Source: Candidatus Thorarchaeota archaeon (GTDB taxonomy: Archaea > Asgardarchaeota > Thorarchaeia > Thorarchaeales > Thorarchaeaceae). Taken from it: 64,000 nucleotides of DNA. This document shows, one piece after another, positions 18,758-28,863 of this stretch; position 1 is the stretch's first letter, and each line of letters starts with the position of its first letter. Both the position numbers and the translations under genes were made by a program. The notes under the pieces were generated by a model, which saw nothing but the letters and a program-made list of their open reading frames with translations, did no database searches and was not told where the DNA came from. The stretch lies in the NCBI GenBank assembly GCA_004524445.1, contig SDNP01000009.1, forward strand, positions 26,069 through 90,068, read 5' to 3'.

Positions 18758-21700
18758 TTACAATGGTGACATTCCGACTTTTATCTCAAGGTCATCTATT
18801 TCCCAAGTCTTAACATGGTCGTACTGACCCCATTTTGGCTCTTCTTCAGGACCTACTAGATTTGTGGACTCTGACCGAGTTTCATTTGACAGATACCCCT
18901 CATACATTTGTGCAAGCTGGAGGGAATCCTCATCCGAAAACTGAACGAGCAGGTCGATGTTTTTGTCGACGTCCAGATCCAGCTCTTTTCTCATGACCTG
19001 CACTCTTCTCGTTACATCTCTAACAAGGCCTTCTGCTTCAAGGTCCTGTGTTCTTGTGAGGTCCACGTATACCTCACCTATTCTGCTTTCTGCCCGGCTA
19101 AGGTATTTTGGTAATGTTTCTTCAAATTCCACATCATCAACTTCAATCTTGAGGTTGTCTTCACCAACTCTGAGGGATGCCTCTCCCTTCTGCAAGTCAG
19201 TTCTCAACTTGTTAGCATCTGTTTCTTGAAGCACTTTTACTAGGTCCTTCATCTTATCCTTATACTTCGGACCAAGTGTTTGATAGTTTGGCTTTATACT
19301 CAAATCGAGGAATTGAGAAACAACATCTGAATCTAGTACTTCGAATTGACGTGTATTCAAATCCTCGAGGAGCAGCCCCCTCAATGAGAGCGCTCTTTGT
19401 CCAACTTCATCACTTGCTGGTATTAACATAACCTTGGCAACTGGATGACGAAGCTTTACACCTTTCTTATTCCTAGCATGACTTGATGCAGAACGCAACT
19501 CTTGAAGCACATGAAACGCTGCCTCTATTTCTGAATCAAATAGTGAATCAGAAACTTGGGGCATCTCCGTCATATTGATGGATTCGAAATTTCTGGCAGT
19601 GAAGCGGTCCAAGAAGTGTTGGTACAAATATTCGCCTAAGAAGGGAGTGAATATATTCAAGCAACGAAGGATAGTATCCATCGCGTAAAACAATGCGTCA
19701 TATGCCATAATTTTCTTTGGATTGTTCGCATCGAGCCAGACCCTTTTCTTCACTAGAGGGAGGTAGACCCGGCTAAGGTCTTCTGAGATGAATTCTAACA
19801 GAACTCTTCCTGCTAGGTGCCAGAGATACTTGTCCATATGCTTGTGAAACTCTTTGAGGACACTCTGCACACGGGATAGAAGCCACTTGTCTTCCATTTC
19901 CGCCTTGTCCAAGTTGTCCAGCATGCGCTTTTCGTCATACTTGAACTCATCCAATTCCATGTATGTTTCGGCAAAGAGCACAACATTCCAGAGAATGTCA
20001 AGATTCCTTCTAGTCAGTTCTATCTGTTTTTTGCTGAAATTGGTTCTTGTCCACGAAGCTGAACGTGTAAGCATATACATTCGGAATGGATCTGCACCCA
20101 AGTCCTCGAATGCATCTTTAGCCCAGACGACATTACCTTTTGACTTGCTCATTTTTCCTCCATCTTCATCCAATACATGCTCTTGACTTACGCACGCCTT
20201 GAATGCAACATCCCCATGAAGAAGAACAGAAGTGTACAAAAGACTGTAGAACCAACCTCGAGATTGATCAACCGCTTCGGTGATGAAGTCAAATGGAAAT
20301 ATCTCTTCGAATAATCTTGGGTCCTTCAGGTAATGTAGACTGGCTGTGTGTGCCATTCCCGAATCCAACCAGCAGTCCAAGACAAACTCTTCACGATACA
20401 TTTTCCCATCGCATTTTGTACATCGCAGAACAACCTCGTCAACCCAAGGTCTGTGCATTTCAAATTCATCTGGAAATTCTATTGCTCGTTCCCTCAGCTC
20501 CTCGCGACTTCCTATGACTATCTCTTCATCGCAATCTTCACAGACCCAGACCGGTAGTGGTGAACCCCATATTCGAGAGCGAGATATACACCAGTCATCT
20601 GCATTTGCGACCCAGTCTCCGAATCTGCCAGTACCAGCCCATTCGGGGGTCCAGTCAACTGACATATTCTTCTCTACCAGCTTTTCTCTCACTCCCTCCA
20701 TTTTGAGGAACCATTGAGTGGCGTCTGCAAGGTAGATTAAGGGTGAGTCGCATCGCCAACAGTGAGGATACTCGTGTTCTATAGTTTCTTTATGAACCAA
20801 GAGACCTTTGTCTGCTAGAATCTTAGGCACCATCTCATTTGTATCAAAGACGAACTTTCCTTCAAACATAGGGACTTCGTCAGTGAATCTTCCCTTGCTG
20901 GTGACTGGATTCAAGACTGGAACCCCGAATTCCTTGCCCACCTCAAAGTCATCTGGGCCGAACCCTGGCGCGGTATGGACCAAGCCTGTACCCTCTTCTA
21001 CAGTCACGTGAATTCCAGTTACTACTGCATGCATGAATTTCTCATTATGTTCTTGATGGAAAGGAACTTCTTGTTTGAATGGATGAACGTATTTCCATCC
21101 AAGCATCTCCTTGCCCTTTATTCGCTCTTCGAATTCATAATCTTCAATTCCAGCCTTCGCCATGACGGTTTCAACTAGATCCTCTACTATCCACCAGAAC
21201 TCATCCCCCACTTTCAGTTTCACGTACGTGTAGTCGGGATGAACAGATACGAGTTCATTCGAGAGGAGTGTAAAGGGCGTTGTAGTCCATATTACCAGAT
21301 ATTCATTTTTCTTGTCTTGCCTTCTGAACTTCACATAGATGGATGGATCCTCTTTTGTTTGATACCCCTGTGACACCTCATGTCCAGATAGTGCTGTTTC
21401 ACATCTCGGACATATTGGATTCACTCTGTAGCCTCTTCCAAGGAGTCCCTGCTCACTTGCTAGCTTTAGAAAATGCCAGACATGTTCAATATAATCATCT
21501 CTTCTTGTCTGATATGCGGTTTCATAATCTAACCACAGACCTAATCGGACTGAATCTTCCACCCATCTCTCCAGATAGAAGTCGACTAGTTCCTTACACT
21601 TCTTCACGAAGGTTTCAAGACCGATTTCTGACTCTATCTCTCCCTTCTCAGCCAAGCCCTCATTCTTTTCCACTTCGAGCTCTACTGGAAGCCCTTGCAT

Positions 21701-21955
21701 ATCCCAACCGCCCCTTCTCCATACATTGTATCCTTTCATTGTCATGTACCGAAGCTGGGCATCTTTCATAGCTCTTCCGCGGGCATGACCTACATGCATG
21801 AAACCATTTGTTGTGGGTGGGCCTTCCAAGAAGTTCCATCTTGGTCCGTCTTTTCTCATCTCCACAGTTTTCTCTTTGATATCATTTTCCGCCCAGAAAT
21901 CTAGTATCTCATCTTCAACGAGTTGCGGATTGTATCTCTTTGGGAGTGGGCTCAT
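18758..21955 (-). CDS. ileS: Isoleucine--tRNA ligase
   Basis: EGPPTTNG, HVGH, WTTTPFTL, GTGLVH, DWCISRSRIWG, KMSKS; start placed at MSPLPK after GAGGAG. Confidence 0.96.
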   Translation of the reverse strand: MSPLPKRYNPQLVEDEILDFWAENDIKEKTVEMRKDGPRWNFLEGPPTTNGFMHVGHARGRAMKDAQLRYMTMKGYNVWRRGGWDMQGLPVELEVEKNEGLAEKGEIESEIGLETFVKKCKELVDFYLERWVEDSVRLGLWLDYETAYQTRRDDYIEHVWHFLKLASEQGLLGRGYRVNPICPRCETALSGHEVSQGYQTKEDPSIYVKFRRQDKKNEYLVIWTTTPFTLLSNELVSVHPDYTYVKLKVGDEFWWIVEDLVETVMAKAGIEDYEFEERIKGKEMLGWKYVHPFKQEVPFHQEHNEKFMHAVVTGIHVTVEEGTGLVHTAPGFGPDDFEVGKEFGVPVLNPVTSKGRFTDEVPMFEGKFVFDTNEMVPKILADKGLLVHKETIEHEYPHCWRCDSPLIYLADATQWFLKMEGVREKLVEKNMSVDWTPEWAGTGRFGDWVANADDWCISRSRIWGSPLPVWVCEDCDEEIVIGSREELRERAIEFPDEFEMHRPWVDEVVLRCTKCDGKMYREEFVLDCWLDSGMAHTASLHYLKDPRLFEEIFPFDFITEAVDQSRGWFYSLLYTSVLLHGDVAFKACVSQEHVLDEDGGKMSKSKGNVVWAKDAFEDLGADPFRMYMLTRSASWTRTNFSKKQIELTRRNLDILWNVVLFAETYMELDEFKYDEKRMLDNLDKAEMEDKWLLSRVQSVLKEFHKHMDKYLWHLAGRVLLEFISEDLSRVYLPLVKKRVWLDANNPKKIMAYDALFYAMDTILRCLNIFTPFLGEYLYQHFLDRFTARNFESINMTEMPQVSDSLFDSEIEAAFHVLQELRSASSHARNKKGVKLRHPVAKVMLIPASDEVGQRALSLRGLLLEDLNTRQFEVLDSDVVSQFLDLSIKPNYQTLGPKYKDKMKDLVKVLQETDANKLRTDLQKGEASLRVGEDNLKIEVDDVEFEETLPKYLSRAESRIGEVYVDLTRTQDLEAEGLVRDVTRRVQVMRKELDLDVDKNIDLLVQFSDEDSLQLAQMYEGYLSNETRSESTNLVGPEEEPKWGQYDHVKTWEIDDLEIKVGMSPL

Positions 21956-22258
21956 TCTATTCTCCTCTCTGTTTTGTTGGCACTGAAATTCAAATATGGC
22001 AGAAGTAGTCTGCTCGTCCCCAAGTTTGAGAGAAGCATATACCAATCACTAGTTGAAAGGCCAATATTATTGGCTAATTTGGCAATCCATCCTTTACTCT
22101 CCTTGTGGACTACTCGTTATGTCAAGCGTTCTGGTTAAAAATCTTAGGCTAAGCATAATTGACCACTCTTATACTGATCCGTTTGAATAAGTGCAACCAA
22201 CACTTAATTGTCAGCCACCTGAAAATCATATGCATTGAACATCGTACGGTGATTACAA

Positions 22259-22933
22259 TTGTCGCGTCTTGAAGAACAATCATTGGATAAGCTTGCTGAC
22301 ATTATCTACAATATCCTTTGGCAGGATTTGCTTGAGGTCTGGCGAATAGTACATGCGAAGATGGAAGAGGAAGGAACAGAGGCAGTCCGTTCTGCTTTTA
22401 GTGACGCCCAAGAACGTTTTCTCAAAGGGCCATTTGAAGATTATCTGGAAGTCAGATGGGGGATGAACCTATGTGTTCATTGTAATGATAATAATGTTGA
22501 GAAGAATGGAATTGCCTATGTGGATGAGGATGGGGATGGACTAGAATTCAATCAATGCCTGAACTGCCAAATAGGAATAATTTACAACATTAAATTTGCA
22601 AAGGCTGTTTTCGAAACCTATACTATTGGATTGGGTGGTCGGGACGAGTTCAATGGCATGTCGATTTTCTGGAATGCCATCGTACCCAAATCACTAGAAA
22701 AATTTCTCCCGTCATATGAGATAATAAAGAATGGACAGTGGATTGGTACTGTTTCCTTGGACAACTCAGGGAGTACGAAATTCTTGCCTTTCAAAAATAT
22801 GAAACATGGTATTGAGAGGGACGCAGACGCACCTTGGATAGAAGATATCCCGGATGATGTTGCACAAGCTCTAGACGATTTCAAAGAAAAGGCGAAGGAA
22901 CATATCGAAGTCGCAATGATATTGGCTGAGTAA
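22259..22933 (+). CDS. Hypothetical protein with two CxxC pairs (possible Zn ribbon)
   Basis: CVHC and CLNC; TTG start after GGTGA. Confidence 0.65.
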   Translation: MSRLEEQSLDKLADIIYNILWQDLLEVWRIVHAKMEEEGTEAVRSAFSDAQERFLKGPFEDYLEVRWGMNLCVHCNDNNVEKNGIAYVDEDGDGLEFNQCLNCQIGIIYNIKFAKAVFETYTIGLGGRDEFNGMSIFWNAIVPKSLEKFLPSYEIIKNGQWIGTVSLDNSGSTKFLPFKNMKHGIERDADAPWIEDIPDDVAQALDDFKEKAKEHIEVAMILAE

Positions 22934-22949
22934 ATGGGGGGGGAACGGC

Positions 22950-23270
22950 ATGGATTCAGACGAGAAGTTGGTGAGAGACCGTATACCCGAACTGATCGAA
23001 AATGATGGGCAGAAGCCTAAATATAGACGTGCCAGCGGTGAAGAGCTGGACTATCTTCTGCGGGCGAAAATAGTGGAAGAATCAAAAGAGCTTCTTGAAT
23101 CGGGCGATACAGAAGAACTTGTTGATATCTTGGAGGTTATTGAAGCTCTGCTTCGGCTCCGCAATGTGGACTCAGCATTCTTGGAGATTCAAAAACACGC
23201 CAAGCGTCTGGCCCGTGGTGCATTCGAGAAGGGATATGTTCTCTCTTTGGATAGTCTCGATAATCATTGA
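22950..23270 (+). CDS. MazG-like/all-alpha nucleoside triphosphate pyrophosphohydrolase
   Basis: KLVRDRIP, KIVEE..E, EELVDILEV, RGAFEKG. Confidence 0.88.
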   Translation: MDSDEKLVRDRIPELIENDGQKPKYRRASGEELDYLLRAKIVEESKELLESGDTEELVDILEVIEALLRLRNVDSAFLEIQKHAKRLARGAFEKGYVLSLDSLDNH

Positions 23271-23385
23271 CTCCCTATTCATACTCTGAATGCTCGGATA
23301 AAGATTATATTGCTTCAAACGAGGCGACATACATCAATACCACCCTGTTCAGTGGTGGTTACATTTTCATGGGAGATCAATACTA

Positions 23386-25032
23386 ATGGAAATAGAAAAC
23401 GTTGAGCCAGTACCTGGCAAGGAGATTCATCATGAGGATGGCGGTGATCTTTCCCGCTACCATGTTGAGAAACATGAGGTAAGAGAACTTCCTTACAATA
23501 CTAAATCAATTTGTCCGGAGTGTCTCCTAGTGGATGATGAGGTTCATGTCATCGATGCCACTTTGTATGAAGAAGACGGCAAAGTAATGTATAAGAAAAA
23601 ATGCGACAAGCATGGTAAATTCCTTGATATCTATTGGGGCGATGCCGACATGTTTAGGACGGCACAGCAATGGTGGTATAAGACCGTTGGACTAGATAAT
23701 CCCCGGACTGAAACAGTAGACGGATGTCCAAATGATTGCGGACAATGCCCAGAACATAAATCGCATACAGCTCTTGCACTGCTGGACGTCACAAACAGGT
23801 GCAACCTTCGTTGCCCGATATGTTTTGCACATGCAGCTGAGTCTGGAACTGTCTATGAACCGGAACCAGAAGAAGTTCTTGAAATGATGCGAAATCTTCG
23901 CAGCAATCTTCCTGTTCCAGCCCCGGCTCTACAGTTTGCTGGGGGTGAACCAACTGTGTCCAAACATTTGCCCCAATATATCCGTTGGGCCAAGGAATTG
24001 GGCTTTAAACACGTGCAAATAGCCAGCAACGCAATCCGAATCGGAAAAAGCAAGCAGTATACCCAGGAGCTTCTTGATGCTGGTCTATCAACTATTTACA
24101 TGCAGTTTGATGGTGTCACTCCTGAGCCATACATTGAAGCCCGGGGAACAAACCTTCTTCCCTTGAAGGAGCAAGCCATACAGAATTGTCGCGAAGTTGG
24201 ACTGGATTCACTCGTACTTGTTCCGACCGTCGTACGTGGCGTCAACCACGATCAACTGGGTTCCATTATAGAATATGCTGTGGAGAATTATGATGTTATC
24301 CGTTGTGTCAATTTCCAGCCTGTGAGCATTACTGGTCGTATTGATTATGATGCTAGAACCGACATGAGGATTACAATCCCCGATTGCATACATCTCATAG
24401 AGGAACAAACCAATGGTACGATTCCAGCCACAGAATGGTATCCTGTACCAGCTATGATGCCAGTGGGTAGAGCTCTTGGAATGATGAAGGGTACTCCTCA
24501 GTTAGAGCTTAGTGCACATTTTGCATGCGGGATGTCTACATTTCTCTACATCAATGATGATGGTTCTTATGAACCCATCACGAACCTGATTGATGTGGAC
24601 AAATTCATCCAGCTTCTTGAGGACATTGCTAACCTTTATGCTGATGAGAAAATGGCCGCCAGCAAACGGGCGAAAGCCAAGTTAGCTGCGGGAATCAGAC
24701 ACATCAAGCGTAAGGGCATCATGAAAGACCTGTTGTCAGCTTTCCTGAGGCGGGGTGACTATAGCTCGCTTTCCAAGTTCATGGAACGCGTTATTATGAT
24801 TGGCATGATGCACTTCCAGGATCCCTACAACTTCGACTTGGAACGAGTACAACACTGTGATATCAACTACTCTGTTCCTGATGGCAGAATTATCCCATTC
24901 TGCACAATGAACACTATCCACCGTTCGCGAGTTGAGAAGAAGTTCAGCATGCCAATAGAAGACTGGCGTGGAAGACACAAGCCTGACAAGGTTGAGGAAG
25001 AGAGCATTTCTAAACCCTACAAAGGCGATTAA
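23386..25032 (+). CDS. tes: Tetraether lipid synthase (radical SAM, GDGT macrocycle forming)
   Basis: SICPEC...CDKHG, CPNDCGQCPEH, CNLRCPIC, HFACG, FQDPYNFDLERVQHC...RIIPFC. Confidence 0.88.
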   Translation: MEIENVEPVPGKEIHHEDGGDLSRYHVEKHEVRELPYNTKSICPECLLVDDEVHVIDATLYEEDGKVMYKKKCDKHGKFLDIYWGDADMFRTAQQWWYKTVGLDNPRTETVDGCPNDCGQCPEHKSHTALALLDVTNRCNLRCPICFAHAAESGTVYEPEPEEVLEMMRNLRSNLPVPAPALQFAGGEPTVSKHLPQYIRWAKELGFKHVQIASNAIRIGKSKQYTQELLDAGLSTIYMQFDGVTPEPYIEARGTNLLPLKEQAIQNCREVGLDSLVLVPTVVRGVNHDQLGSIIEYAVENYDVIRCVNFQPVSITGRIDYDARTDMRITIPDCIHLIEEQTNGTIPATEWYPVPAMMPVGRALGMMKGTPQLELSAHFACGMSTFLYINDDGSYEPITNLIDVDKFIQLLEDIANLYADEKMAASKRAKAKLAAGIRHIKRKGIMKDLLSAFLRRGDYSSLSKFMERVIMIGMMHFQDPYNFDLERVQHCDINYSVPDGRIIPFCTMNTIHRSRVEKKFSMPIEDWRGRHKPDKVEEESISKPYKGD

Positions 25033-25042
25033 TACATAGATT

Positions 25043-25103
25043 AGTGAGAGTCCGCTGAATTGCCCGGACCTCCTCACTTCTCTGTTTAATATTTTCATCT
25101 TTT
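25043..25103 (+). terminator. Hairpin plus T-rich tract after tes
   Basis: AGTGAG..TCCG/CGGA..CTCACT followed by T-rich sequence. Confidence 0.5.
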
Positions 25104-25305
25104 ATCTTTGGCAGGTTTAACCTGAGAATATGCCACGATATCTGGGTTTCTTAAAAATGAAATCTGGAGCCTTTTCTTTGTTGTTTTGTAAGAGATGGGA
25201 GGAAAAGAACTTAGATGCGCCCTAACATTAAACCCAAGTTAAGTTTTTTAAAGCGTCTACGACCTCAAAGAAAACCTTAATAAGAAGTACCACAAACGTG
25301 AGAGT

Positions 25306-25452
25306 GTCGAGTGGTAGCCAATGAGGGAAACGGGGCTACGACTATGATGCAAACGAACATTGGCGGGTACGTGGGCTAGTTTTTCGTTACATGCCCTCAA
25401 TTACGAAACTCCCCCCTCCTACCACGATTTCCCACGTCCCGCCACCTTCTTC
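25306..25452 (+). ncRNA. Candidate structured RNA with loop-loop complementarity and its own promoter
   Basis: BRE/TATA-like GAAAACCTTAATAAG at 25270; 14-bp stem 25361-25375/25431-25444; loops TGAGGG and CCCTCA. Confidence 0.45.
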
Positions 25453-25526
25453 TACACAGCATTATCTGACCAAGCGACGTCTTTAAAGTGGGTCTTTTTT
25501 TGTATATTCTGTTGGAGATACTCTGC

Positions 25527-27560
25527 TTGAACGACCAGTTGCCCTATCTTGATGAAACGTTAAGCATTGAAGAGCGATTGCAAGACCTACTTTCTCGCTT
25601 GACCCTTAAGGAGAAATTCTCCCTTCTTAGCAGTCAAGGTCGCCACCGAATCTATGTCACAAAGGGAATAAAGCGGCTACAAATTCCCCCTTTCAAGGTG
25701 ACTGATGGCCCGTTAGGGGTTGCACGACACTCAAGCTGGTTCAAGAAGAACACAAGATTTCCCGCCACAATCTCTTTAGCAGCCTCGTGGAATAGAGGTC
25801 TCGCGCATAGTGTTGGAACTGCAATGGGACAGGAAGTACGGGCATGTGGGCGGCATGCTCTCCTTGCACCAGGAATCAACATCCATAGAACTCCCCTCTG
25901 CGGAAGAACATTCGAATACTTCAGTGAAGACCCGTTTCTCACAAAGGAATTAGCTGTGCAATTTGTCAAAGGTGTACAGAGTCAGGAAATTGCTGCATGT
26001 GCAAAACACTATGCGGCGAACAATCAGGAAATCGACCGAAAGACGATGAGTGCTGAGATAGATGAACGAACATTACATGAGATCTATCTCCGGGCATTCA
26101 GAGCATTGGCAAGAGACGCAGAAGTTTGGTCTTTCATGACTTGCTATAATATGGTAAATGGTGTCTATGGTGCAGAACATGAATACCTGATTAGAGATGT
26201 TCTGATTGACAAATGGGAATTTGATGGTATGGTCATGACTGACTGGTTAGCGACTGGCGGAATAGAGGATACAGGATCCTGCGTAGATGCAGGACTCACA
26301 CTTGAGATGCCCTTCCCCGCAAAATACAAGGTAAGCTCTCTTGAGAAAGCCTTCGAAGAGGACAAGTTCACCGAGGATTCATTGAATGACTTAGTCATCA
26401 GAAATCTACGGACTATGATTCGAACAAGAGCACTCGACCAGGATGAATTTGTACCTTCAGGAGCTCGAAATACACCCGAGCACCAGGATCTCGCACGACA
26501 TGCAGCTGAAGAGGGAATGGTTCTACTAAAGAACAAAGGAGATCTTCTTCCTCTGAACATTGAACATGTAGATCGCATTGCATTACTAGGGCCGAATCTA
26601 AAGAAGAAGTTTGGCAGGTTCCTTTATGGTGGATCATCAGCAGTAGTCCCACCATATGAGATAACTCCACTTGAAGGAATGAAGAACAAGTGCGGCGATA
26701 CGGTCAGAGTAGTCCACGATCCCGCTAAAGCTGATGTGGCTGTTCTCTTCATGGGCCTTGACCACAGCAGAGGCATGGACTCAGAAACTTACGATAGAAG
26801 CTCATTACACTTACCAGAGAAACAAATCGACCTAATTCTAGAAACCACGGCTCAGAATGAAAATACGATTGTCGTTTTAATTGCTGGAAGTCCCATCGCT
26901 ATGGATCCATGGTTGGATGAGGTGTCCGCGGTTCTCAATGCATGGTATGCAGGAATGGAGGCGGGAACTGCCATCGCTAATATCCTCTTTGGAGATATCA
27001 ACCCGTCTGGACGGCTACCAATCACATTTCCGAGGAATCTCTCTGATTCTCCAGCGCATCATTCAGGAGATCCTCGAAATTATCCTGGTGATAAAGAGAA
27101 AAAGGTATACTATGAAGAGGGCATTTTCGTTGGTTACCGGTGGTTTGACAAGAAGAGAATTGAACCGCTATTCCCATTCGGCTACGGGCTTTCGTACACC
27201 ACATTTGATCTCGAATCAGTGAAAACCAAGCAGAATATCCTCGTTTCATCGGATGAAGATATAATCCTTGAATTGCAGTTGAGAAACACTGGGGCGACAT
27301 CAGGTTCCGAGGTTATTCAAATTTACTCACGAGATTTGGATTCCTCTGTTGAGCGCCCCGTGAGGGAATTGGTCGGGTTTGAGAAGATATTCCTTAGACC
27401 AAATGAAGCCAAGCAAGTTTCTCTTAAGATCGGCGCTGAGGAGCTTGCCTTCTATGACACCAATATCCATGACTGGACAATAGAACCCGGGGATTTTATG
27501 CTGGAGATTGGACAATCTTCAAAACATATTCTGGCAAGGACCGAAATCAGCTATGGATAG
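25527..27560 (+). CDS. Glycoside hydrolase family 3 (beta-glucosidase-like), no signal peptide
   Basis: TDGPLG, GRTFEYFSEDP, KHYAAN, MTDW, YEEGIFVGYRW, FPFGYGLSY, C-terminal Fn3-like domain; TTG start after GGAGA. Confidence 0.93.
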   Translation: MNDQLPYLDETLSIEERLQDLLSRLTLKEKFSLLSSQGRHRIYVTKGIKRLQIPPFKVTDGPLGVARHSSWFKKNTRFPATISLAASWNRGLAHSVGTAMGQEVRACGRHALLAPGINIHRTPLCGRTFEYFSEDPFLTKELAVQFVKGVQSQEIAACAKHYAANNQEIDRKTMSAEIDERTLHEIYLRAFRALARDAEVWSFMTCYNMVNGVYGAEHEYLIRDVLIDKWEFDGMVMTDWLATGGIEDTGSCVDAGLTLEMPFPAKYKVSSLEKAFEEDKFTEDSLNDLVIRNLRTMIRTRALDQDEFVPSGARNTPEHQDLARHAAEEGMVLLKNKGDLLPLNIEHVDRIALLGPNLKKKFGRFLYGGSSAVVPPYEITPLEGMKNKCGDTVRVVHDPAKADVAVLFMGLDHSRGMDSETYDRSSLHLPEKQIDLILETTAQNENTIVVLIAGSPIAMDPWLDEVSAVLNAWYAGMEAGTAIANILFGDINPSGRLPITFPRNLSDSPAHHSGDPRNYPGDKEKKVYYEEGIFVGYRWFDKKRIEPLFPFGYGLSYTTFDLESVKTKQNILVSSDEDIILELQLRNTGATSGSEVIQIYSRDLDSSVERPVRELVGFEKIFLRPNEAKQVSLKIGAEELAFYDTNIHDWTIEPGDFMLEIGQSSKHILARTEISYG

Positions 27561-27589
27561 AAAATCGAGATAGATTATTTGTTTCTCAA

Positions 27590-28492
27590 TCAATCTCTAT
27601 GCAATGCAAATTCACAACTCTTATTTCCCATAGCTCTGCATGAAGTTTCTTCCACAGAGATGCTAGGATTTCTCAATACCCCTTCAATAAACCCACTGAA
27701 AAAGTGACAAATGGGTCTATTGGCAGTCTTGCCGCGGCATACTGGGCATAACACGATATCATAGACTTCTTTATCACTGTCAAACTTCGTCACAGAGATT
27801 TCGTTCAACAAGTCTAGGAGCTCACTCTGTTGTATTACGAGCTTATCTTTGTACTCTGCCTTTGCAATCCGGTATCCAGCATATCTGCCAATGGTTCTAG
27901 CAACCAGGTCTTCAAGTTCTGGTTGATTTCCGAAGTAATTGTTCAGTTCTCTAACCAGTTTTATTGTATCCTCCGGGAAGTTTTGGATTATATCAAGTCC
28001 TAAATTCAAAACCATATAGAGCTGAGAGAGGGGAATGACCGAAGGTAGAAACTGAATAATCTCCGGATAATCGTTTCTAATCCTCATAAGGTGGTTATAC
28101 AGATCACGAATATTCGATTTGAAACGCTGATACCTCTCTCCTCGCACATACGCTTCTTCTTTCTGAAGGTGTCCTTCAAACTCCTGGAAGAACTGATTTT
28201 CAATTTGCTTTACCAGAATCTTAGCGAATTGATCGTACTCCTGTTTCTCCACGTGAACGACAAAGAGAACAGGGTCTCTGGAGCTGTAGACCAAGAGCCC
28301 ATTACCGGATTCTATTGCTTTCAGTTCTTCATGACCTAATTCTTTTACGAGATTATTAATGGCGCTTGTGAAGCCTCCAAATAATTCCTCAAATGATTGT
28401 CGATTATCCCTTGCAGACCCATCCAAATTAACACTTACAAGTGGAATTCCAGCCAAATGGACGATATATACAGTCCTTACAATACCATTCAT
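27590..28492 (-). CDS. Longin-like domain fused to a C-terminal V4R domain
   Basis: N-terminal VYIVHLAGIPL, LFGGFTSAI, VLFVVHV; C-terminal CPVC, ICHFFSGFIEG, VEETSCRAMGNKSCEF. Confidence 0.75.
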   Translation of the reverse strand: MNGIVRTVYIVHLAGIPLVSVNLDGSARDNRQSFEELFGGFTSAINNLVKELGHEELKAIESGNGLLVYSSRDPVLFVVHVEKQEYDQFAKILVKQIENQFFQEFEGHLQKEEAYVRGERYQRFKSNIRDLYNHLMRIRNDYPEIIQFLPSVIPLSQLYMVLNLGLDIIQNFPEDTIKLVRELNNYFGNQPELEDLVARTIGRYAGYRIAKAEYKDKLVIQQSELLDLLNEISVTKFDSDKEVYDIVLCPVCRGKTANRPICHFFSGFIEGVLRNPSISVEETSCRAMGNKSCEFALHRD

Positions 28493-28863
28493 CTGCTTTC
28501 TTCTCCAAAAAGACGTCGTGAGAAGTCGTAAAATTGACCGAAGGCAATGACGAGTAGGAATATGCTGATTAGAAACAACCAAAGTCTGGTTGGCTTCCAG
28601 ATATAATCATAAAACTCTCCCGGAGTGAACCAAAACCACTCATCAAATGCATCCATTGCAGAGCTTATGATTCCAAAAACCGAAGAAACGAGCAACGGAT
28701 AGAAAGTTCTCTTTCTTTCAATCATTGGATATCTTCTTGCTGCATATATGATCACAACAAGTAGCAGCATGAATGCAAACACTGTAAACAAATCCAAAAA
28801 TGCCTTCACAATCTCTAAAATGCCGCTGGGAGGATGAAACTCGAAGGTAACTCCTTGCATCAA
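28489..28863 (-). CDS. Small 3-TM membrane protein
   Basis: Three hydrophobic segments; ATGA overlap with the downstream gene. Confidence 0.75.
   Translation of the reverse strand: MMQGVTFEFHPPSGILEIVKAFLDLFTVFAFMLLLVVIIYAARRYPMIERKRTFYPLLVSSVFGIISSAMDAFDEWFWFTPGEFYDYIWKPTRLWLFLISIFLLVIAFGQFYDFSRRLFGEESR

Noticed and set aside
21956-22140. Long ileS leader with palindrome GCCAATATTATTGGC and a 7-codon ORF
   Set aside because: No T-box motif and only one Ile codon, so no support for attenuation
25280-25292. 13-mer ATAAGAAGTACCA repeated at 55405-55417
   Set aside because: Chance 13-nt matches are expected in 64 kb, and part of the match is the TATA box
25311-25345. AATGAGGGAAACGG resembles the start of a cobalamin riboswitch
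   Set aside because: The B12 box and the other conserved elements are missing
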